Shown here in pieces: positions 42,101 through 55,500 of a DNA stretch of 64,000 bases (position 1 is its first letter; every line of letters begins with the position of its first letter). Source of the DNA: Nageia nagi (taxonomy: Eukaryota; Plantae; Pinophyta). A model generated the notes under the pieces. It was not told where the DNA came from, did not search any database, and was given only the letters and a program-made list of their open reading frames with translations. The stretch covers positions 36,022,001 through 36,086,000 of the forward strand of contig JBITNC010000002.1 in assembly GCA_050084985.1 (NCBI GenBank), written 5' to 3'. A program made the position numbers and the translations under genes.

Positions 42101-43247
42101 AATTTTAAATATAGCACAAGGATAAATGAAATATTAGATTGAATTAGTCACGTTGCTAATAGACTTGAATTTTCTAGCTAATTTATCTAAGATATTTGAT
42201 TTATTTTGAAAACCTTATTGATAAGATGTGTTTTTGATCCATTATGAGTTTAAGATGAATCTTTTATTTCATATGTGAGAATATGAAAAGCATGAAAAGT
42301 TGTTTTCTCATTGAGGTAAGATAAAAATTGGAAAATTTCAAAACTATTCCATAGTTATTAACACAAGGGAATATGTTAATCCAAGTTAGGGAGGATGTAA
42401 CAACCCAAAAATTTGCAACTCATTCTTGAAACTTATTTAATTTAAACTATGATGTCCAAGTTTATGTACTTGTATTTTTGATTGAGTGAAATGCAATGAA
42501 GTATGCAATTACTTGTGATAAAATTATATTATACATTTATCTTCATACAAGGTATTGTCAAGTTGCTTATGGGTGCTTGGAAACGATAACACTAGGTATG
42601 TCCAAGATCATAAAAGGATCTAAATGATCATTGCAAACAACTACCAGTGAGTAAGTGCATGTAGCTGCATGAGGTAAGGATATAAGCATCTTAGGATGTA
42701 TACTTGATGTTTTCTCTTTTCAGTTGTCTGATTGTGATATTCACCTCCATGGTTGGAAAAATCACCGAGGAGCCCCTAATATCATTGTTAGAAAGGTTAG
42801 GTGACTAACTTTTCAACATTGGTAAAAATTGATTAGATGAATAAGTTGCATTAAAGAATTATTTAAAGATAAGGTTTAAAATAAATTAATAGGTATATTA
42901 ATTTATTTTAAAGAAAAAAAAATAAATTTGTATTATTTAAAGAAGATAAATAATAAAAATAATGTAGGATAATAAATTATTATTATTATAATTATTATCA
43001 TGACTAAAAAATTAATTAAGTGTTAATTAATTTTTAATAGGATATGATAAGATAAAGATAAGATAAGATACAATTGAGTCATTATACTTATCCTAAAGAA
43101 GGATAAAATAATAATAAAAAATCCTAATTATTTATAATTCTATAAATACAAGGTTTAAGATATTCCTAAATCAATCTTTTATTGCAAATAGACTTTGTCA
43201 AGATCCAAAATTTGACTTGTTGAGCTCAAATTTTGGATCTTGACAAA

Positions 43248-43781
43248 TGAAGTTTAATTCACTTTATCATATATAAAAAGACTTATAGAATCATCATAAA
43301 TTCACCCAACATTCAAAAATACATTACACAAATTGAAATATGACATAGATCTAGAAAAAATAGTGGAATTATTACTATGACATTTTGTCAAATAGTTTGC
43401 TTTACAAGTATAGGGTGCAATTTACAAGTTACACCAAATCATTCTACAATCTAACCCAAAAATGAGTTGAGAAAAATTATTTATACATGCCCAAGCTAAA
43501 AAATTAAAAAAAGTAAGAGAAAAAAAACTAGAAAGTATGATAAAATAAGGAAAAACTACTTGGCAATTCACCCAAAGTTACCTAAAAATGATAGGTTGAA
43601 ATGAGATCATGTTTCAAGATAAATGCTATGGGTGGGCACATTTTTGCAAAATGTGGTAATGTTTTCCAAAAGTGGAAGTATTTCATCTCCAAATATATTT
43701 AGGAATTGCATTTTATTAGTAAGTGTAAAATTTGACTTATTAAGCTCTAATTTTGGATCTTGGCAAAGTCTGTTTGTAACA
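43248..43781 (-). repeat. Copia 3' LTR
   Basis: TGAAG...TAACA, aligns with 49003-49534. Confidence 0.93.
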
Positions 43782-43849
43782 TACTCCCCCTTGATGTTGA
43801 GAGGGATGACAATCAGATCTCTCAACATCAAAAATTAAGATTTAACAAC

Positions 43850-46800
43850 CTATTTTGTGAAGATATCAGAAATTTGGTATTTTGTATTGCAATACCTTAT
43901 TTTAATCATATTATTCTCCACCATGTCTCTGATAAAGTGGTACTTAATATTAAAGTATTTTGAACATGCATGGTGGACTAGATTTTGTGCCATCTTAAAG
44001 ACACTTTCATTGTCATAAAAAAGAGTTGTAGATTGTTCTTGCTTCTCACCTATCTCACTAAGAATTTTTTTAAGCCACACGGCTTATGCACTTGATGAGG
44101 TCAATGCTATATACTCATCCTCTATAGAAGACAAAGCTACTGCAGTTTGCTTCTTAGAACTCCAAGTAATCAAACCTATACCAAGTGAGAAGTAATTTCC
44201 ACTAGTGGACTTCTGATAATCAATATTACTCCCTTAATTACTATCACTAAAATCCACCAACTTAAAATTATTAGTATAGAAGTAATGAATACCAAAATTT
44301 ATTATACCATGCACATACCTTAGGATTCTTTTGGCTACTTTCAAGTGTAAGCAAGAAAGATCAACCATATACCTAGAACAAAGTGATACAACATAGCATA
44401 TATCTGGCCTTGTATTAAAAAGGAACATTAAAATCCCCATAATGCTCCTATACTCTATTTTATTTACTTTTTAGCCCCATCATCTGAACACAAAAACTCT
44501 CCATGTACAATTAGAGTAGCTACAGGTTTGCATTCACTCATGCCAAACTTTTTCAACATCTCTAACATTTTTGGCTTGGCAAAGAAATATCTCATCATGT
44601 GTCTGATGTACTTCCATGCCCAAGAAGTAACTCATCAAACCAAGATAAATCATATCAAATTCCTTTTTTAACTCAACTTTAAAATAATCATATAACGTAG
44701 AACTACTTTCCATGAACAACAAATCATCTACATACAAGAAAATAATTAGAATTTCAATACCTTGCTTCTTGTAGTACAAAGTGTGCTCACTCTTGCTTCT
44801 TTGGAAACCACACTTGAGAAAGTAGTCATTGATTCTTATGTACCAAGCTATTGGAGCTTGCCTAAACCCATATAACATCTTTTTCAATCTATAAACATGA
44901 TCTTGTTTTCCTTGAACCTCAAAACCTTGAGGTTGTACCACATACACTTCTTCTTCAAGATAGCCATTACGGAATACACTCTTCACATCCATGTGATGAA
45001 CATTCCAATGCTTGTGGATATATAATGAAAACACAATCCAAATTGTCACTTATCTTGCAATAGGAGCAAAAATCTCCTCATAGTTTATGACATACAACCC
45101 TTTTGCAACCAACCATGCTTTGTACCTTTCAATGGAACCATCACTATTTCTCTAGATCTTGTAGATCCATTTACATCCAATGCATTTCTTATTTTGGATC
45201 AGCTCAAATAAATTTCATGTATGATTCTTGACAATGGAAGGAATATCTTCATTCATAGCCTTCATCCACACTTTTTTAGAACATGCTTGTTCAAAACAAT
45301 AAGGCTCAAAATCATCAATTTTAGTAACTTTAGAAGAACTAGAAATATGAGAATTGGAAGTAGAAGCCATTAAAGCATAATTTACCATATCAACTTTGGT
45401 CTCACCATTGTCTTCATCTCCTAACATTTGCAAAGTAGCATCAAGCTCCTTGTGTTGACTCCTTATCAACCTTGTTGAAAAGTTTTGGTCCAACATTTGA
45501 GAAGAGGAATGATCTTTAAATACTCTTTTACCTTTTATTAACTAATTTACACTTGCACTTAGTGATGGAGGTGAAGAAGAACCATGTTGTGGACACAAGG
45601 GGATATCTTAATAGAAAGGATTCAACACATGTGCGTGTATAAGCTTATTGAAAATTCCCCTAGTTTTTAAAATTTACTATCTCCCATTTTAATTTCTTAA
45701 ACCCTCATGGTAAACCCCTATATAATAAATAATACCCCTTTTTTACAACTTACCATTTTGCTAAAAAAAAATTGAATCATTTTTTTAATATCTCTTTGTA
45801 ATTTTACCATTTCATCAATGTATAGTATTTCCTTCAACACTAGAAAAGTTTATTCAAACATGATTCTTGAATACCAAGGGGTTCCACCTTGACTGCATAG
45901 TCGATACATCTTTGCACTATTTATCTAGGCTTAAAAAAAAATCCAAATGTGAATACATTTGAAGGGCTATTGTACGTAAACTACCTTCAATAATGTAGTT
46001 TTTGGGTGTAAATTACAAGTAAGGTTAGATCTTAGGCTCTAAGATTAATTTAATAATAATAAATTTAATTTTTTAAATAGATTAATTAATTACTTAATTT
46101 AATATGTTTGAATGAATTAAATAATAAAATAATATTTTAATTATTTCAAAATAATAAAAATAAATAGCAATAAAAGAATAATATCATCATATAAGGGGAG
46201 TTTGGGTATGCCAACTAGATAAAACACCATCAAATTACCCCTATTTTACCCCCTCCTAAATTTTTTTCACCCTAATAACCCCCTTGGGTAACCCCCTCTT
46301 CTGGGTAAAAGCCCCTACCCCCTCCCCTTATAAAATATGTATTGATATACTGATACTTTAACTTGATATTAAAAATACCCCCTTGTAGCACTCACATGTT
46401 ATTTACCATTTTCTATTTATAGACCCCCCCCCCCCCCCCATGGTTGTGGACTTGAAGATGCACTTGAAGAGCCCATTTGTGAAGAGGGATCAAATTTGGG
46501 CTCAACTTGATTGTGTAAAACATGGCTAGGCTAAACACTTCCTTGGTCATTTAAAGCATTCTCTTCAAACATACCATCATCAACAACAAACTTTTAGCAT
46601 TTTTGATACTTTCAATTTTCCCCTTCATTAAAAATGGCATCTCTAGACACCACAAGTTTGTGAGAAATTGGATTAAAAAACCCATAAGATATGGAGTGTT
46701 CACTATAGCCAATAAAAATACACTTCTCACTCTTAGCATCAAGATCTTTTCTATGCTCATTAGTCACATGAACATAAGCAAGACAACTAGAAAATTTAAA

Positions 46801-48880
46801 ATGTTTCACACTTGGCTTCTTTCCAAGCCAACTCTCATAAGGAGTAATATTGTCCAAACTCCTTGTATGAATCCTATTTAAAATGTAAACAATAATATGA
46901 ATAGCTTTTTCCCAATAAAAATTACTCAAGCCTTTTGTGTGCATCATACACCTTGCCATCTCTACCAAAGTTTGATTCCTTATTTCAACCACTCCATTTT
47001 GTTGGGGTGTGTATGGTGAAGTCAATTACCTCTTAATACTAGAATCTCTATAAAACTTCAAGAAATCATTAGAGAAAAACTCACCACCATGATCAGTTCT
47101 TAAACACTTAATTGTATGCCTACTTTGGTTCTCAACACTAGCTTTAAAAATCTTGAAGCACTCAAATACCTCATCTTTGTGTTTAAGAAAGAGTACCCAA
47201 TAATATCTAGAAAAATAATCAATAAAGGTGAGAAAATAATAAGCTTTACCCATACTTTGTGTTTTCATTGGTCCATAAAGATCACTATGCACCAATTGTA
47301 GAAGAGATTGGGCCCTCCATGCTTCATTCTTTAGAAAATGCCCCCTTGCATGATTTCCAAGAGCATACCCTTCACACATTTTATTAGTATCTTGGACCTT
47401 CAAAAAATGATAAACAAGTGGTGATAAAGGCTTTAAACTTGGAAAATTCACATGGCCAAACATCAAATACCACTCCACAAACCTGATGGGAAAAAGCTTA
47501 TTTTTATTCATTTTTACTATAGTGACCAACCTTCCACCTTTATTATTATCATAGATATTGCACATTTTATCTTCAAAAACCAATTTATAATTGTTTTCTA
47601 GAATATTTCCAATACTTAAAAGAGATTGTTTCAAATTAGGAGCAAAATAGGTACTTTTTACCTTCATAGTTCCTTTTTTAGTAGGAACCACAATGTTCCC
47701 CTTTGCAATCACCTTCAAAATTTACTCATCCCCAAGTTTGATGTTGGAACTAAAGAAATGATCAAGAGATGATAGAAGCTCCTTTTTTATGGTCATGTGG
47801 TGTGAAAAACCACTATCAAGAGCCCAAGTTTCATCCTCTTCTTCTTGTGAAAAAATTACTTTGTTGCATGATTCTCTTCTTGGAAAATAGAAAGAAATAA
47901 TACATATTATTCATAGGAATATTCTTCCCCATAATCTTCATAGGAATATTCTTCCCATAATTCATTATTCTAGTATGTTTAGAGGCTTGTTTCAGCATAC
48001 ACTCTCTCTTAAAATGGCCAAATTTATTACAATGGTAGCATTGCACATTCCTCTTGTCTCTTTCTCTACCTCTTGTACTTGCACTTGCACTATTGGCTTG
48101 GTCACCATTTGAAATCTAATCTCTTCCTCTTCCTCTTCCATAAGAGCCTCTTCTTCCTCTTCTTTCATTCCAACCTCTATGTCTAGAGCCTCTACCTTGA
48201 CCTCTTCCACTAGTATTGTCATTCTCTCTAGTTGAGAATGCTTGTTCTTCACTTGTGCCAACATTGAACCTTCTAAAAAATATTTCTTCTTGATATTAAA
48301 GAGTTCCAACCAATTGATCAAACCCCATAGTGGAAAGATCTTTGGTTTCTTCAATTACAAGAGTCATAATGTCCCATTTTAGCAATAAATTCCTTAAGAA
48401 TTTTTTAATTACCAAGGATTTTTCTAAATCATTACCAAGGGTGGCCATTTTGTTCACTATGTCCTTCAACCTTACACAATAATCACCCACACTCTCATTT
48501 TCATACTATGTGAGATTCTCAAAATCTCTTCTAAGGGTCTGAAGATTCACCTCCTTCACTTTGACACTTCCTTGGTAGCCTTATTTCAAGGCTTTCCATG
48601 CATCAATAGTATATTTATGGGCCAAAATTATTGGAAAAATGCTCTTATAAAGAGCATTCTATATATGTGACAAAGCCAAATTCTTCTTCTTCTTCTTCTC
48701 TTTGGTTTCCTTATTTGCATCTTCACTTAGAACACTCCAATCATCTGGCTCTTTGTATCCATATTCAATAATGTCCCACAAGTATTTTATTTTCAAGAGA
48801 GTCATAATATGTATGCTTCAATATTTATAATTTGATCCATCAAATTTCAATATTGGTATTGAGTGTGAGTTGCTTGCCAT
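43850..48880 (-). pseudogene. Copia gag-pol polyprotein, many stops and frameshifts
   Basis: Zinc knuckle CYHCNKFGHFKREC. Integrase LVHSDLYGPM, LRTDHGGEF and PYTPQQNGVVE. RT HHMDVKSVFRNG and LYVDDLL. RNase H QISDIFTK. Confidence 0.95.
45594..46442. mobile_element. Non-autonomous DNA transposon (hAT-like MITE, 849 bp) inserted in copia pol
   Basis: TSD GTTGTGGA at 45586-45593 and 46443-46450 (a 9-bp reading is also possible). CA...TG termini. Imperfect terminal inverted repeats of about 45 bp (GGGG...AATAGAAA...ACATGTG.GTG). Confidence 0.8.
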
Positions 48881-49002
48881 GATAGCAGGTCTTCAACACA
48901 ACTTGGATTTGCAAAAGAAATTCTTTCCAAACTTTTTGCAAAACATCCATAATTTTAAATCCAACAAAAATCAATCCAAATATACTAGCTATGATACCAA
49001 AA

Positions 49003-49534
49003 TGAATTTTAAATCACTTTATCATATATAAAAATACTTATATAAGAATCATACATTCACCCAACATTCACAAATGCATTACACAAATTGAAATATGACA
49101 TAGATTTGGAAAAAATAGTGGAATTCTTACTGTGACATTTTGTCAAATAGCTTTTTTTACAAGTACAAGGTGCAATTTACAAGTTACACAAAATGATTCC
49201 ATGATACAACCCAAAATGAGTTGATAACAGTTATTTATACATGCCCAAGTTAAATAGTTGAAAATAGTAAGCAAAATGAACTAGAAGGTATTAGAAAATA
49301 AGGAAAAACTACTTGGCTGTTTGCCCAAAATTGATTAGAATTGATAGGATGAAATGTGATCAAATTTTAGGTCAAACATGGTGGGTGGACATATTTCTAT
49401 AAAACATGATAGGATTTCCCAAACATAGCTACATTTCATCTCCAAACATGATGGAGGGTTGCATTTTATCAGTAAGTGTAAAATTTGACTTGTTGAGCTC
49501 AAATTTTGGATCTTGACAAAGTTTGTTTGCAACA
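49003..49534 (-). repeat. Copia 5' LTR
   Basis: TGAAT...CAACA, 3 nt from the PBS. Confidence 0.93.
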
Positions 49535-51525
49535 TCTTTTAGAATTGAAAAATTATGTTTTTGATATGGGAACCCTACTATACTTGAATTAATAAGGGTT
49601 TAAATTTTTCAAAGGTTGGAGTTATTCCAAATTATCATCGAATGGATAATGTATCCTCAGGTCGGTCTATTCCAAATTACTTGACTTGAATTACAAAATT
49701 GATATTACATGTTTTTCTTTTGGGAAGAAAAGGAAAATAAGAGTTTTAAATTTTTATTTCTTTTAGCATATTTGATGGTATATTCAATTTTATCTATTAT
49801 TTTCAAATTGATTGAATATATCTTGAATAGGTTTGCTTAAATTATTAAGGTTTGATTCTAATTCTAGTAATTGAATTATGAAGCTTGAATTTCTTTTAAG
49901 AAATTGGAATTAGAAAACCCTTGATCCATTTATTTTGTATTAATATAGCTTATTAGAGTTTGATTCATTTGATTTTAGAAAGTTTTAATCTACCATTAAT
50001 GAGATAAAATTGATCTTTTCATAGTAACAAGGGTTTTTAATAAAGTTAATTTACCCTATGAAAAATGCAGTTATAGTCCTGCTAAAATCAATCACCTTGT
50101 AGAGATCATATCTTTTGATTTATATCTCCATTTTATGCATTATTAGAACTATTGGAAAGGTATATATGTGTAGAATAAATATATGTGTAGAATAAATATA
50201 TAAAATTTCATCCCATTTGGTTTATTATATTATCCTTGTTTTTCATCTTTAGTAAAATGTATTTGTTTAGGATATTCATGCAAATGATGAACCACACCCA
50301 ATATTTGATCTAGTTGACATTCGAGCAAATTGTGCTTTGATTTGGCTTGTTAATGATTTGATCCAATAAATTTTGAAAAATATAATTTGAATTCACATTA
50401 GATAACATTTAATTAATCTAAATAATTTTAGAGAAAAGGTTCCAAATAGTTTATGATTCTACATATCAAAAGGTTAAAAGATTTGATTATTTAAATAAAG
50501 TATAACTAGATAATTTTATCTTTATCATGTTATTTCCTTTAGAAGTAAATGGATGGTAATTATTGGAAAATAAATGAAGAATTTAATTGATGTTATCTTA
50601 TTGAGAATAATTAGGGTGAGATAACATAATGCTTCTTGAAAAGAAATATAAAAAGTATATTTTGTTGAATGATTAATGTTTTTGATAAAATATAGGAAAT
50701 ATTATATTGTGAATATTTTGGTAAATTATAACTAAAGGATCATTATGTGGTGTGTATTAATTGGTTAATGGAAGATTATAGTTAATGAGAAAGAATACCT
50801 TAGTATTCATACAAAAAGGGATTTTGTAAAAATTAATCATGCATATTAAATAAGAAAATAATTCATGGTAATTATTGAAAAGAAATTAGCGAATTAGTTG
50901 ATGGTTAATTATGGTAAAAAGGATTAAATAAAGTTTATTTTATAAATATTAACTTAATACCTATTCTTACCATAATAAAAAGGAAATGCTAGGTTTAATC
51001 GAGTAGAGTGAATCCTAGAGGACAAATGGTAAACATGATTAAAGAAATGATTATGTAATAATACAGTATTTTCATAATCATAAGATATGGAAAAATGTTG
51101 ATGATTCATATGAATTAGAATGTGTATGTATTCCTATTGGGCAGTGTGAAAAGAACTTCTTATTTAAAAGATGTTTGAAATTTATAAAAAATATTTAGAT
51201 TGTAGAGTAAAACCTATGTCCTTAAATTAATTATAAAAACTAGATAACATTGTATGAATGTAATTTAGGTGGATATTATTTTTATATTCAATGGGATTCA
51301 TGTTAATGATTTCTAAGTGTTATAAAATGTTATAGTGAAAGAGATGAATATGAATTGGTTTCTTTAAGATTGAATCTAGATTTTGGTTGGGTAGAATTAA
51401 ACTCTAGGAGATTTTCTGTGAGAAAGAAAATATCCTTTAGAAATTTATTTATACATGCTAAATAAATGAATGGAATGGGATATTATTAATGTTTAATATT
51501 ATTTATACTTAATGAAAAAGAGTAG

Positions 51526-52504
51526 GGTAAGTGCAAGAAGATGAGTCCCACTTTGGATGAAGTCTTAGGAACTGCAAGGTTTTTGTATTTGTTTAATAAC
51601 TTTTTTATTTTTTAGAATTGTGAAAAAATATGTTTGCATACTCTACATACAATTCTTCATAAGTAAAAAAATAAATAAATTAAAAATGATAAGTTTAAGT
51701 CAAATTATGCTTGCCAAACATAAGCATTTTTTGAAATGATAATTAGGACTAATAAAAAAATAAAATATTCATGAAAAAATTACAAAAAGTATCTTACACA
51801 ATATTTAGTATCTTAGGTATCTTTACCCAAAAGGATTTAAAAAATTATTTTAATTTAAGTTCAATTATGCTTGATGGACATGATTGGGTATGGTCTTGAA
51901 ATTGTATTTTTAAACTGTGGGTTTTGTATTTTTTTAATATAACTTTTTATTTTTTTAGAATTATGAAAAAATAATATATGTGCATAATTTGCATACAATT
52001 TATCACAAGTAAAAAAAAACAAATTAAAAATGATAATTTTAAGTCAAATTATGCTTATTGGACACAAACACTTTTTGAAACGACAATCAAGGCCAGTAAA
52101 CAAATAATAAAAAATAAAATATTCATTAAAAAATTACAAAAAAATATCCTCGACAATATTTAGTATCTTAGGTATCTTTACCCAAAATGATTTAAAAAAA
52201 TATTTTAATTTAGCTCGAATTATGCTTATCGGACACGATGGGGTGTGGTCTTAAAACTATATTTTTTTAAATAGTGGATTTTAAACATGCCTATCAAATA
52301 TTAATTTTTATCATATAGGTATTAGAATAAATTACATATTTGAAAACTATACTTTCATAACTACATTTTTATCAAAGATACTTTTTTCAAGACTTGGAAT
52401 CTAAGTGCTTCAAATTTTGAGATCAAGTGTGAAAAAACCTGAAAAATTAGGGAAAAAGCTTCCTCTTTTTGGCCAAATGTGGGACTCATCTTCTTGCACT
52501 TACC
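51526..52504. mobile_element. MITE with 3-bp TSD (PIF/Harbinger-like), 979 bp, with an internal tandem duplication of about 350 bp
   Basis: Perfect 26-bp terminal inverted repeat GGTAAGTGCAAGAAGATGAGTCCCAC. TSD TAG at 51523-51525 and 52505-52507. Units at about 51578-51920 and 51921-52280. Confidence 0.9.
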
Positions 52505-55500
52505 TAGTATGTGAAATTCATGTTTGGAATTGTGTTTCTTTTTATATATTTGAACCTATGGTTTAGCATATGATTTATGTGTTCTTTTATATGTGGTGTA
52601 TGAACATCTTTTCTTATGTATGCATAAGTAGAATGCATTAGGAAAGAAAAGCTATTATGATCCAAGTACACTCATGAGATACCATATATTGAATATTATA
52701 TGATGGTGAAGATGTTGGCTTGATTCTTAAACCTATTATTCTTGGAATGCAAGTTCTTGATATACTTTTACATTGATGGTACTTGAATATGAAATGATGT
52801 ATAAAATGTTAAATCTATCATTGTGATATAAGTTCGAATGTATGGACACTATGATGTTAGGAATGTGATTTCCTAAGATATGTATACTTTGGTTAATCCA
52901 TTATATGTTTTGAATTGATTTAAGTATATCATGAATACTATAAAGAGAAACATGTATAATACTTATGAAGTATTTCATCCTCAATTTAATGGTTAAATGC
53001 CTTTCAAAATAAAGTTTGAATTAAGATGTAGTTATCTTATCATGCTATAGTTTGCAATGGATATGATTATTGATCTTGTGATTAATTGATATATGCAAAT
53101 GATGTTTTATTGAATTATTTCATGGATGAAACATATTTTTTCTATCTTAGGTTCTCTTGTGTTAGAAACATTAATAGTTAGAAGTGATGAAAGTTATATG
53201 ATAATAGTGTTGTTCTAAATATATAAAAATCACCTATTTTCTACTTAGCACATGTTAATCCTAGGATGGATTTTAAAACCTATATGGAACCCTAGGTAAT
53301 GCTTGAGCACACTTTATGATATGAAGGAATTATCAATATAGGATAATTTAAGATAATATCAAGGATATCAAGGAATTATCGAGCATGATAGTTCAAGGAG
53401 ATCTCAAGAGAACAAGGAATTATCAAATAAGATATTTCAATAAGTTCTTAGCACTTGAATTTAGACAAAGATATGAATTATCGAGTAAGATAATTAAGAA
53501 ATTCTCAATATGGTCATGAAAGACCTTTAAGTGCTTAAATTACCATGACAAGATGATTGTTTTTATCTAGGAAGGTATAAGATACCATCAAGAAGTCAAT
53601 GTTCAAGAAAAGATTGTACAACAACAAGGCTAGTAAATCCCATGATGAATATTATAGGTAAGCCATGGAGGGTATTTAATGAGTAGGTTAAATATCAATA
53701 AAGGTGCTTCATCTAATGAAGAGACTATAGCTCAATAAAGATGAGACTTGGAATCCATTATGTGATCTCAATCTCGTGGGTTCACAAGTAGCTTCAAAAC
53801 TTTTAATAATAAATGTCAATGTGTAATATAATTTATGCTCATCTCTTAAGATTTATATTTATCTTGGGATGTAAGATAACGGTTATTACATAAAAATTGA
53901 TAGTATGTATAAAAAACAAATTAGTGCTCACTACTCGAATAATGAGAAGGTTATTAAAGTAAGGATTTAGTATTAGGTAGAATATTGGGTCATTACAAAT
54001 AAGGTGATGAATAATTATTCCCCTAACCAGAAAAGGGGATACAATATGTTATCATAGGAATATAGTCCCATGCTACATAAAATGCAATCCTATCTTATAT
54101 GAAATGCATTTGTATTCTACATGAGATGCAAAGAGTAAAAGGTCTATGTTAAATTGTATTTCCCTTTATCATATGTTTCCATTATATATGTCATGATATC
54201 TTTAAGAGTTTGAAGTAGTTGTGGATATTTTTTACTAATATTTTCAAATATATTTAGTAGCTTTCCTTCTTGGTTATATTGTCATACTAAGTGTGTGAAT
54301 TACTTTGGGTATTTCATGTTATTGATTAGTTAATTTTTCAATTCATTAACATCTTGATAAATATCATTAGGAGCATTAGTATCAATAATGATATCACCAT
54401 GAGTATATTTGATTACCTTGTGAGTTTTATCATTTTCAAGTCCTACTTCTTCCTCAAAAGAGACATCTACATCAGATTCACCTTCATCTAGTAGGTCTTC
54501 TTCCTCATAACATATTGTTCTATGTTCTAAGAACTTATGCAACTATTTCTTCATGCCAATACATGCATCAGTTGAGTGATGTTTTACTTGATGATATAAG
54601 CAATAATTATTTTATTTATACCAATGATGTTTCTTTATGTTTTCAATATATTCTTTTCCTCTTGATAAGCAAAATTTGAACATCTTTGTAGGATTTATGG
54701 GAAGTTTATAAAATGATTTATTTCTTTTTTTCTTTCTCATAGAAGTATCATTGGAGATATCCTCATCTTCATCATTTGTATCAACATCAATAGTATCATT
54801 TTCTTCAACTAATAAATCATCCTCTTCATTTACTAAAGAATATAATAATTGAGATATCTTAGATGATCTATCTAGACCATGTTCATTATAAATGTCACTA
54901 ATAAAGATAGATAAGTGTCCTTTACTAATAATATATTTTTTCAAGCACTTAAGTACTTGTGTATCTTTCTTTTCAAAGAAATTAACGATACTAATGTCTT
55001 TGGCAATATTGTTAATAGCATGAATGAACATAGTAAGAATATTATGAGTAAAAATAGGATTATCCTTTAAAAGTACATCATCATCAGCACTTGTTTCTTC
55101 ATTAAGATCAATATTATTAACATTGTCATTTTTATCCTTAGGCTCATCATCATAGAAATCATCTTTTAAATCATTAGGATCATCATGAAGATCATTGTAA
55201 TCAATATCATGAAGAGCATTTGAGTAATATCACTATCAATATTATTATTTTTGTTTAATAATATATCCATTGATAGTAACACCATTTGCATCATGATCAT
55301 CGAAAGGGAAAAACATTTCTCTTGTTATTTTGAATCCATATTTGAGTATTTCAGTAATGATATCATAAGTAATACACCTATAAACCATGAAAAATATTTA
55401 TTTCTTATGAATATATATGATATGGGATTAATTTTATGATACTATATCTCATCAATTTTAAGAAAATGATCATGAAATTCTATGGTTTTATGCAAAAAAA

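Larger units (their letters stand above)
43180..49534 (-). mobile_element. Full-length degenerate Ty1/copia element with an extra 68-bp terminal cap
   Basis: LTRs 43248-43781 and 49003-49534. PBS TGGTATCATAGC at 48988-48999. Polypurine tract AAGGGGGAG. Domain order gag-PR-IN-RT-RH. TSD TCTTT at 43175-43179 and 49535-49539. Confidence 0.95.
39480..53997 (+). mobile_element. Old gypsy-type element: 5' LTR stub, PBS, degenerate 2.8 kb internal region, long 3' LTR (42396-53997) hosting a copia and a MITE
   Basis: GGTAGAAGATTGGGTCATTAGA (ends 39537) matches GGTAGAATATTGGGTCATTACA (ends 53997). PBS-like TGGCATTAGAGCC at 39540-39552. Polypurine tract TAGGGAGGA followed by TGTAACAACCC at 42396. Confidence 0.62.

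Noticed and set aside
53881-53890. GGTTATTACA as the end of the long LTR or of a nested solo LTR
   Set aside because: 53997 matches the 5' LTR stub better. No convincing TSD and start pair was found for 53890.
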